This document shows, piece by piece, positions 12,966 through 23,177 of a DNA stretch of 64,000 nucleotides. The notes beneath the pieces were generated by a model that made no database searches, had not been told where the DNA came from, and was given only the letters and a program-made list of their open reading frames with translations. This DNA is from Takakia lepidozioides (taxonomy: Eukaryota > Plantae > Bryophyta), in contig CM060734.1 in the NCBI GenBank assembly GCA_030704615.1, positions 29,326,001 through 29,390,000 of the forward strand, in the 5' to 3' direction. Both the position numbers and the translations under genes were made by a program. Each line of letters starts with the position of its first letter. Position 1 is the first letter of the stretch.

Positions 12966-14670
12966 AGCCACCGCGCTACCTGTCACAAGACAACTCCCAA
13001 ACCTCCAGTCCTTGACTGCCAGAATGGGGTAAGGGTTCCCTACCTGCAATTTTCCATTTTGCACACATCAAGTTTGCTTAGACATTCTTAGCGATGTTAG
13101 CGATGTTAGTTTGTTTCACATATGTCAATGTTGTTGTTGTTATATTGCCTGAAAGCTTGCTCATGTATCTTCTGCCGTTTTCGGGCTGGATGGCAGTTGA
13201 AGATGGGTGACCAAGTCCGGCCAAGCCAGTGTATGCATCTTCTGCTCAGGCATTTGGAAGTCTACTAAGACTTTGCAGCTTTGTGCATTTATGTAGCAGA
13301 GGATTAGATTATGGAACGGATCTCTGAACATTATGTCATGTTGTATTTGAATCGATGTTCCAATTTCAAATGTGTTTTCATGTTTCAATGGTGTTTTCGT
13401 ATGCTTTCAATGCTACGGTCATGTACACGACTACCTCCCATCCACAGAGCCTCCGCCACGTGCCACTTTCATCCCTCGTGTTCGCCTATACTCGTGTCAT
13501 GTGCAGTATCCAAAGTGTGCCATGGAAGTCATATGTTCCAGTCATAACGACCACCCCACCCCCATCCTGCATAATTTGACTCCACGTGTGGACCTGGGAT
13601 TAAACGTCCGAAGTCATATATGCCAGTCACGAAAGACCCTCCCGCTCCATATTGTCATGCCACGTGTCTTGTCCAGTCTAATCCACGTGTTGTCCTTGGG
13701 TTAATCTGCGGAAGTCACCCTATCATGCCACGTGTCGTTCCTGGTATTCTCCACGTTCTGTCCTACGGTTAATCCACGGAAGTCGTATATGCCAGTCGTG
13801 AAGACCCTGTCGCCTTCCCTTTGACGTGACACGTGGCATATCCCTTCCGTTCCACGTGAAGCTGACATGGATTCGCAGTCATTTACTACGGTCCTATCAA
13901 TGACTATGATTAGGCGTCCCCGTTGCCACGTCAACAGTGAGCTCCACGACTGGCAGATACGACTCTATGGCGCTTATGACTCATTTGTCACAACTGATTG
14001 GGTTTATCTGACTAGGCAGTCATGCAGTCGTAAAAGGCTGATACGACTGGAAAATAGCAGACATAAAAGCCGGGATCTGTTGTAGTGTTCCTCTCTTTGG
14101 AAGCCCACCTCGGTTGGAACAAGCTCATTCACACACTAAATCACTGTTTCTGGGTTCAATTTTGGCCTACCCTTAAACTCCACTGGCTCGTACAGGTGCC
14201 CCCCCGATAGGTTGAAGAGTGTCTTCTTTGCTGAGCCGGTTCTCACAACTTTCACAATAGGAGGAGGCAGAGGGGATTTTGGCTGGGCACCGGGAGGTGG
14301 GCTCGTAGCAAAGTCCCTGTCTTCGCCCTTGTCTTCAGCCTCTTCCACCTTTTGTTGTTTCTGTTTCTTCGTCTTCTTTGGAGTCACAACTGGAGCGTTT
14401 TACTGGCGGGTCCTCTTCTTGGTTCCCTTTTGTTTTTCCTGCAAGGCCTGATCCAACGTCTTCTGTGCGATAACAGTTGCTTTCCTTGAGTTTTTCAAAG
14501 TAGCAGCCTCCCCTGGCTGCATTGGCCCAGGAGGGACATGATTTTGCCGGGCTCGGAGTCCTCCAAGCCAGGAAAAACGGGGGCTCCCTTGCGAGAGACC
14601 CGCTCTTGACGAGCACAAAAAACTCAGAAAAAGCAAAATAACGACTGAAAATGGTTCAGGACGGCTCCAT

Positions 14671-15000
14671 CGGATGGAAATTCGGCGCGATTTTTCCATC
14701 CGGGGGATAGATTTTGGCATCCACGTGGAGGCCTCTCCCCCCGAGACGACTTCATCCGAGCCCCCTCGGATGGAAATTCGGCGCGATTTTTCCATCCGAG
14801 GGATGGAATCTGGCATCCACGTGGAGGCCTCTCACCCCGAGATGACTTCATCCGAGCCCCCTCGGATGGAAATTCGGCGCCATTTTTCCATCCGGGGGAT
14901 GGACTTGGAGTGCCACCCGTCGCTCCCTACCCCCGAGATGACTCCATCCAACCCCCCTTGGATGGAAATTCGGCGCCGTTTTTCCATCCAGGGGATGGAC
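14671..15000. repeat. 96-bp tandem repeat (about 3.5 units), each containing a hairpin
   Basis: Units start at 14671, 14767, 14863 and 14959. Each has GGATGGAAA-N-TTTCCATCC. Confidence 0.92.
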
Positions 15001-15839
15001 TTGGATGAACATGTTGGCGCCATCTCCCCCCACGAGGTCTTTTGCGGGACACGGTTTTATGGAGCCGACCACGAAGTAAATGCTGCGCCTCATTCCCGGG
15101 TACGGGCATATTAAATGCTGCACATTCACTTGTCCAAATTTCCCTGCCACCCACTGCATTTCAAACCGAGCCAGCAAGACTAGTTCCTCGCTCTGAGCTC
15201 CTCTCACTTCCTCTCCTCCCACACTCCCACTTCATTGCGTTCCCTCTCTGCTTCCTGGCAGCCCTTTCATTACTCGGTGATGGCGTGCCGAGATCCCAGC
15301 AATTGCCCCAACCGTGGTCTCACCCCGTGGAACTTCTCGCCCAAGTCAGGGGACATTGTCATATTCCTGCAGAATTGGATAGACCAGTCTCAGCAGAGGC
15401 GGGTCCACCTGTCCGCTTTTGAGTACCTTACTGGCTTCCACAATCAGCCTCGCGGGGACGGGCTTGCGCAGCTCTGGTGCCTGCGAATCGTCGATCTGCA
15501 GTATCCACCTGCATGGAACATCCCCAAAAGCCGCACGACCTTCCTGTATCATTGGAGGTGCTGCCAGTGGACCTACGAGGATTGCATCGGGTGTACGTAC
15601 AGGCCTTAGAAATTCCCTCGCAACAGTCTATGGGGACATTCTCATAAACTACGAGGATGAGTCCTATGGACATAGAGTCTCCACAGCAAAGATCTCCATT
15701 TACGATGGTGCATATATCGGAGGACATGACACCGTTGTACACCAAAAGGGAGTGGGCTGCATCCATTGTCTTCACTTACCGACACCCTGTCAGTCATGAG
15801 CTTGTTGAGAGGCCAATCAAGGTTCCAGCTTCTTGTAAA

Positions 15840-15979
15840 TTTTCATGTTGACTTCTGCAAGTTAGCTGGTTGAGTGAACCTTTGATAGTTTGGAGTGACT
15901 TTGACATGATACCGCCAATGTGACAACAGGAAAGTATCCAGAAAGAGGTAACAGAGACGAGGAGAAGCTGTGGAATGAA
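15840..15979 (+). repeat. Second copy of the OSB-like intron/exon fragment (near-identical to 12640-12778)
   Basis: Shared string atgttgacttctgcaagttagctggttgagtgaacctttgatag...gaggagaagytgtggaatgaa. Confidence 0.9.
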
Positions 15980-16382
15980 GTAGTAGGTGTGAGTGATTTG
16001 AAAGGAGGTGATAAGAAATTTGAGGATATTCGTCGAGACGGTGCTATGGCCAGCCGACCCCATTCACGTCGCCCATGCACAACCCTTCTGGATGATCTAC
16101 CCAGTACCTGACCCTCCAACAATCCGTCCGATCCGCAACCTCCTTAAAACCCTCACTAAAGAAGCCAACAAACAAGCCTCAGCCTCTCTCAGCCACACCA
16201 AACTCACTGCCATCATCATCAACAAGCGCCAACTAGAATCCAGCCTTCCTCCGGCTCCCTAGGAACCTCATACGCCTCTGGGTACCACTGGTACCCATGG
16301 GCCCACGGGTGCCTAGCGGCACCCCTAACCACTACTACCATTCCCCCACCTGCCCTAGGGTACCCCCTGGGCCTCCATTCTT

Positions 16383-16474
16383 ATATAGGGCCCACCCCTG
16401 AAAAGGGGCAGTAGCCGCAAGGCAAAGTGGCGCTTAGTTACGCCGGCTTCGGCCGGAGTCTTCTTCTTCTTCTT
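16383..16474. repeat. Structured ~85-bp dispersed element, copy 1 (non-autonomous TE end or SINE-like), with a (CTT)n tract
   Basis: Near-identical to 59160-59241 and contains three tetraloop hairpins. Confidence 0.85.
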
Positions 16475-17254
16475 CTGATTTTTTCCTTCTTTGCATTCAA
16501 CAGTCATGCACATGAATGGCTAAGGTGCAATAATCACGTAGAAGTCATAGGTTTTGTGTTTCCACAATTGTGTTCTCTCCTGTTCTTATTGTTTGTCCTC
16601 ACACCTAGTAGAGGGCCTCAGGTCTGTTGTGGTATGACTTGTTTCAGGTTTTGGTAGTAGAAATGATCCCACTCAGGGTAACAATTGTTCATCTATCTCC
16701 TGTTCGTTGGATTAAAGTGAGGATTGGTGTGTCACAGCTTGTTACAGCTTGTTGCCACGTGGAGTGAGGACGCAATGACACGTGCGAGGGGGTGGTTATG
16801 GCCACATGACGCAGTGTGGATGATTCCGCATGTGGGTGGGAAAGTTCACAGATTTGCTTTCATACCCCTCCTGGTGCCTTGTTAAAACTTGCCTGACAGT
16901 AGTTTACTCTGGATTGCAACCCGAGAAGTGCTGAAGAACACTACAAGTCATACTTAACAATAATCATTTAAACATGCTGCCTCTTTCCCCAGATGGACAT
17001 TCCGTTGCCCTGCATGCGTTTGAGGGCGTTGTGCTCGCCAGTAGATCTCCTCCTCAGAGATACTCATATACCTCCAGAGACCCTCCTGGCCTGTTAGTGT
17101 GGTATGTCCATCCTTCTTCTTGTCAGATGTTGACTTCATACGACGCTTGGCCTTGACTGGAACAAAAAAACCAATCCATGAGACAAATCAGTATACTTTC
17201 CAAATTCATGGTGCGCAGCAAGGACGAGAGACTTCCCGTGCTTACTGACCCATT

Positions 17255-18070
17255 CTAACCTCTTAACCTACTACTCCAAGACACATCGGTTGACATAAAA
17301 AGAAGAAGTTGAAAGCAAAGAGGTGGGAACACACCTAAAAACACACAAGGGTCAGTAATCCCTAGGGGATTTGCATATCTCGCTAGCCAAATCCAATCAG
17401 GGTGAGAGCTATCGACAGACATCTGAACATTTGCACACTTCCAGTAATTCTCCTCCATGTACTCTTGAATTGTCGGAGATGACATCATGCTAGAAAGGAA
17501 TGGCCATAAAGCCTCAACAAGATCCTCAACAAAAGAATCTCGTCCCTCCTTGACGATCGGCATTAGAGTGCCATCACAGGATCTCGGGTAAAAACCAGTG
17601 TTCAAAGGGTTCCTCAGGGCTTTGGTGGGCTCATCATCAATCAAAAGCGTTTGGCCTTTTAGGCCGTAGGGCTTACAACTTCTCCCGAAGTGTTCCCAAA
17701 GACCAACAATGTCTTTAATGTAGAACGGCTGTGTTGAGGCAATGTACTCATGAAGCTTGGTGCAAGTATCCCGACACCAGATAAAGCAAAATTTCCTGAC
17801 CATATCCTTCGGGAGAAGATATGCAAGAAGAGCCTCAACCATATGCTGAACTCCACAGGACCATATACCCACATGGTAATGGTTGAACGCAAGTTCAAGA
17901 AATTCCAGAAGACCCGGACGAGGAACGACATTGTCCCAATCGTAGGGAATTTTGGCACGAGGGAAATGTTCAAGGAACCTCTGTGATCCAACAGGCTTGG
18001 GTTTATAGCACAATAAACCAACAACACTCAGAATGATTAACTTTCTTTGACCTCCAGATGAGGCCGTCAC
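17255..18070 (-). CDS. FCP1/NIF-type HAD phosphatase-like domain lacking the catalytic Asp, probably part of a larger TE-borne multi-exon gene extending to about 19.95 kb
   Basis: KLIILSVVGLL, RPGLLEFL...VGIWS, FIWCRDTC, IKDI..LW, TLLIDDEPTKALRNP. Upstream ORFs 18806-19942 are low-complexity and on the same strand. Confidence 0.8.
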   Translation of the reverse strand: MTASSGGQRKLIILSVVGLLCYKPKPVGSQRFLEHFPRAKIPYDWDNVVPRPGLLEFLELAFNHYHVGIWSCGVQHMVEALLAYLLPKDMVRKFCFIWCRDTCTKLHEYIASTQPFYIKDIVGLWEHFGRSCKPYGLKGQTLLIDDEPTKALRNPLNTGFYPRSCDGTLMPIVKEGRDSFVEDLVEALWPFLSSMMSSPTIQEYMEENYWKCANVQMSVDSSHPDWIWLARYANPLGITDPCVFLGVFPPLCFQLLLFMSTDVSWSSRLRG

Positions 18071-21000
18071 TCGTGTCTTCCGGAGTAAGAGATTTGTTGC
18101 CGCGCTCGCTCAAAAATGGTCATGACCCATCTGTCAAGATTCGACGGTTAGCTTTGGATGTGACCATCGGCAGCTATATTACTGATGTGTAGTAAAGTAG
18201 GAGATGAATCTAGAATTTATGGCGACTTAAACAAAATTGAGTATGTGCTTCGGGAAATAAGTCAAAATGTTATAAGTGGGAAGGAAGGGATGGGAGGTCT
18301 CCCGTCCAAATACCTCTTTGTCAATTTCAGCGGCGGACACATCCCCAAATGATCTTTGGGCTTGGTTTTGTCTTCCACCTTCTCTCTGCTGACAGACAAG
18401 GACGATTAGTTAGGTCTCAACTGAATGAAATCAAGAATGATATACAATTGACTTCCAGGTGCAAACACAAACTGGAATGACTAAGTGGAATGGTAGCGCA
18501 CACCTCGGTGGAATTCTCCATTGCTGCCTCATTGCTTTGTCTGTCAAATGATGCTCTCCGGATACTTCCTCGGGCTCTGCTTCCTACGTCTCTTCTTCGC
18601 CGCTGAAACAAAACGACGTCTCGTTAAAGGTAGCAAGACGATGTCAATTGGTGTAAAGTGAGAAAGTGTAATGAGAGAGCACACCTCCGCAAAATTTGTT
18701 CGACGCCGCGCCACGCGCTCCTACAATTGATTTGAAACAAATACATGAGGATTGAAGATAGGGAACAAAAGCAGTCTAAATTCAATTGTAAAAAGAGCAA
18801 AGTGATCAATAGGTACAAACCTTACTCTCTGACTGGGGTTCTCTCAAAGCCTCCGGAGGATTTCTTGCTAGTGCCTCTGCAGCAGCGGTGATATCATTCT
18901 CTCCAGAGTCTTCAACCCGATCCTCATTAACGTTCAACTGCCCTGATGCTGAGGTATTCCCAAAAGAAGAGGACGGGAGACCTCCCGTGCCAACCCTTGA
19001 CATGGAGAGGAATTAACAATAGAAACCTCTACAACATCTGATGCAACATCCTCCAGAGACAATCCAACGGTCGAAGGGGTACAATAGCCGTCAACAATTG
19101 CCCTCAACCCATCAACGACACCATCCGTGAGTACTCCTTCGGCGGCGGGAATGCTAACACCAGTAGGGAGCTCCGTTTCCAATGTCTGCGTCTGTGGGAT
19201 GTGGTCGATGGAGGACAGCTGTGACTGCCTTAAAGAGAACGGGAGACCTCCCGTGATAAGGTCTGCGGAAAGAACGTAGTCGACTTGACTGGGTGTCATC
19301 TCAGAAAAGTCCGATATCGCGAGAAGCCTATCCCCACCTGTATATTGGACTTGGGAAGTAAAGTCAATGGAGGCATTCGTTAGCCCTCCAGAATGAAATG
19401 CTGACTCAACCCTGTTGACCACTTCGTCCTCATCAATATTGATAATCTCCTTGTGCATGCCCGCGTTGACTTGCACTCTTGCATCGATCTGAGGATTATA
19501 CGGCTGGCGAGTTGAGATATTCGGGGGCCTAAAGGATATTGGTTCCGGGGAGAACTAAAGCATACCGCCCATCGTCCGCCGGCCTGGCTTGCCCGTCTGG
19601 CGAAATATTTTCTGACTCCACGTCGCGTACATGCACTCCAATCGAATGCTGGATAAATGGGTTTTGAAATAGGCTCTGCTGCACGCCGTCGGATTCAATC
19701 TCACTGTCATTTTCATCTTCCTCCAAGTGCACAGGTTTATTTACGGCTGTATCTGGTTGCGTTAGTAAATCCTTTCGAGAGTTGGTGTCGCGGGACATTT
19801 GTGACCTCTCCTGACGACCTTGACTTCTTTCAGAATGAGCGTGTGTAACTGATGAAGACTCCACAATCTCACCCCCAGCAGATCCCTCGCCCCTGCCCTC
19901 AGACTCCGAGGAGGATTGCGTGCGGCAAAAACCTTTGAACACTACAGTCTGATAAGGTTGACGGGTGCGTTACTTCCAACACCCTACAGTTCGATTCCTG
20001 ATGGATAAAAAATTAACCGGTTAGTAACTTTCAGTAACTGGGCAATCCCAACAGAAAGATGTTAATGGTCAAAGGAGGACGGGAGATCACCCGTCCAACG
20101 ATGTAATTTATTTCACCAAACATGAGCTTTCCCACCTTGTTTTGCTTTTCTGTGGCTTTCTCTCTGTTTGCTTCTCTGGAGTATTAACCACCTCTTGGTT
20201 TTCCAGGGCTGCCAGTTCACTTACAAAGTGATCCCAAGGCTCTTCCTCCAGTGTATACTCCTCAAGGTACCCTTCTTTTGGCATTGATATCACGATGATC
20301 ATGGGTTGGTTCCCTTGCCTTTGGTATGACTCAGTTAGGGTTTTATGAAAACAATCGTCATCTTAGCACTTCTCCACCTGTATGTTTGTTTCATTGTACA
20401 CATCTTGTTGGGTGTTGTTCAAATCTTCTTGGCTGTCAGTATCCTGAACCTCTGTGCGCTCCTCTTTTTCTTGTTGCACTGAGTCCACACAGTTCATGGT
20501 CACCATTTCTCTTCTCACCTGAGTTGTAACCTCGGTGATGTAGGTTGATGATTGTCCATCTTCATCCATTGGGAAATGCCTGCCCTTCTGCTGATCACTT
20601 TCCCTGGTGCATGATCTTTCTTTCTGCAGTATGTTCAGCCTGTCTTCCAGCACCTCGCAAAAGATAAGCTCTTTCTTACTTCGCTTTCTGACTCTACTCT
20701 GTATTTTTTCTTTGATGATGACATCTGCAACCCCTTCATGAAATGTCATGTCTTGAGCTTGATCCCAGTTTGTAATCTCCCATCTTTCATCACTGATGTT
20801 CTCATCTTTGCATGGATTGCTCTGTGCAGAGCCCTTTTGTACTGCTGCCACCTTTGTATGCAGCACCTTTTCATCATCATTGACTTGGATTACTTCCAAC
20901 CCCTCCAGCGCTTTCAGGGGTAAGTGCCCTTGGCAGCTCCTTCTCTGCAGCTATCCCTGGATGTACTCTGTTGTCTTGTTCTTGACTCATGGACTCACAA

Positions 21001-21571
21001 CTTTTTACTGGGAAGTAAACCTTCCACAATAAACGCCCTTTGAGATGGAGCACTCTGCATATTTTTTCCACATCTCTGACTACTATACATTGTGGCTCTC
21101 GCAGTCTTTTGTATGCCCCTCTCTATACCCCCGTCAGTCACCATGATCTGAAAAGCGTTGTTGAACTTTTCTGTTGCCCACCTTACCATCATTAAAAATA
21201 AAACCACTACCTTACTCAGGCTAAGTTCTACCCATAACTTGAACTGTCTCCCTTTTTTTTTGACCATGGCAGTAACTCGGACTTGCTGGTCCATCCTTGC
21301 TTTTCTTCTCTCAGCAATAGTTATCAGATCCAAGTGTGTCCTAGTTTTCCCATCTTTTTGTTCTATCTTGACTTGGTTAACACCTGGAAAAAGCTGGAAC
21401 CTGACTTTTTGTTGTGATGCCCTATCACCTGGACCTACTCCTGGGTGAATGGTCTTATACTGTTCATGACTTGTATCACTATCACAGTGGTGACACTGGG
21501 TTTGTTCTACACTGTCAACATAAAGACCCTTGTTTTGCAGAAAACCAAAGGTGTAATCTTTTGTCATATCT

Positions 21572-23177
21572 CTACCTTTGACCTTTCCACTTCAATGTGG
21601 CCACTTGAGAGGATCCATCATAGTCTTGTAACATCATGATCCATCTGCCTCTTCTTCCATAGGCATCACTGACCGTAGCTAACCATCCTAGAGGCTTATG
21701 GTCAGTTCTTACCGTGAAGGTGTTCCATAGAGATACTGTTGGAAGTGCAGGATGCCCCACATAGTGCATAACACTCGCCCTCCATGGGATGATATCTCTT
21801 CTGAACATCTGTCAATGCCTTACTTGCATACGCTATGACATGTTCCTTACGATGATCTTTCTGTGATAATATTGCCCCTACACCCTTAGTGCTCCAATCC
21901 ACATCTAGTATGAATGGTTTTGTGAAATCGGGCCTTACCAGTATAGGTGCTTGCTGCAGCTTAAGAATCAATGCCTCAAAGGCATTATGAGCTTCAACAT
22001 TCCAGACAAATGTCTCCTTTTTCTTTGTCAGTGTAAATAGTGGTACTCCAGTGCTCGCATATCCTCTTATGTAGTCTCGATAGTAGTTTATAACTCCAAT
22101 GCAACTTTTGACTGTTGTTGGATTTGTTGGTACTGGGAAGCTTTGGATTGCTACCACTTTGTCAGGGTCTGGTCTCACACCCTCCTTGGACACCACATGT
22201 CCCAGGAACAATAGCTCTTGTCTCCCAAGCTCACACTTGGTGGGATTTAGCTTGAGATTGTGTTGTCTGAGCCTTTGGAGTATGAACTCCAGATGTTGTA
22301 AATGTTCTTCCCATGTTGCACTGTGTACATTGATATCATCCACAAAGATTTTGGCAAAGGTCTTCAGTTCATCATGGAGTATGATGTTCACGGCCCTTTG
22401 GAATCTTGCTGTTGCATTTTTTAATCCAAAAGGCATCACCATCCATTCGAACAGTCCCCTTTTGGTGATGACAGCTGTTTTCTTCATGTCGTCATCCCTC
22501 ATCTTGATTTGCCAAAATCTAGATTGTAGATCAAGTGCAGAAAACCATTGTGATTCTCCAAGTTGTTGCAACACGTCCTGTATCAAAGGCATGGGATAAG
22601 CATCCTTCAATGTGTGTAGATTGAGTTGCCGGTAGTCACCACAAAATCTCTTACTGCCATCTTTCTTTGGTGGCAGTGCAACAGGGCATGCATACTTTGA
22701 CCTGCTGATTCGCATCTTTCCTTGTTGAATAAGTGCTTCAATTTGTTCTTGTACAAGGTTCTCCTCAGATTCTGACAGCCTGTTTGCGGGTGTTCTGGTG
22801 GCAGGAAACCCTTGGGTGTTGATCTCATGTTCAACATCAGCACAATGCCCCAGATCTGATTTGTTGAGGGCAAAACTGTACTGGTTCCTATGGCAGACCT
22901 CTATCAATTGTTGCTTTTGTTCTGGTGTAAGCTCAGGCGAGAGTCTGAGTTTACTTCGTATGCCTTCCCACCTTTGTTGTTCTTCCAGGCTATGCATACT
23001 CTCCCCTGCCCTTATGTTATCAGTCCCAATGGCATTCAGGTGCACCAGATGAACTTCCCTCCTTTGCTGGTTGGTTATCTTCGTCCAGTCCTCCAGCTCA
23101 TCATCAGATACTGGGTTTGAGTAGCATTCTCCATCCCAGATCTTCGTGTAGGCTTCTTTGATGAAACCATCTGTCAT
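21572..23177 (-). pseudogene. pol: Gypsy pol RT/RNase H, frameshifted near 21800
   Basis: ORFs 21702..23177 and 21572..21808 carry RT and RNase H motifs. Confidence 0.95.

Larger units (their letters stand above)
9409..14087. mobile_element. Non-autonomous Pack-CACTA element (4679 bp)
   Basis: TIR CACTACAACAGATCCCGGCTTT is perfect over 22 bp (28/30 extended) at both ends. 3-bp TSD TTC at 9406-9408 and 14088-14090. Subterminal regions are rich in CACGT motifs. No transposase is present. Confidence 0.95.

Noticed and set aside
14671-15000. CRISPR-like array of palindromic repeats
   Set aside because: The intervening sequences are also repeated, so there are no unique spacers. No cas genes are present and the context is eukaryotic.
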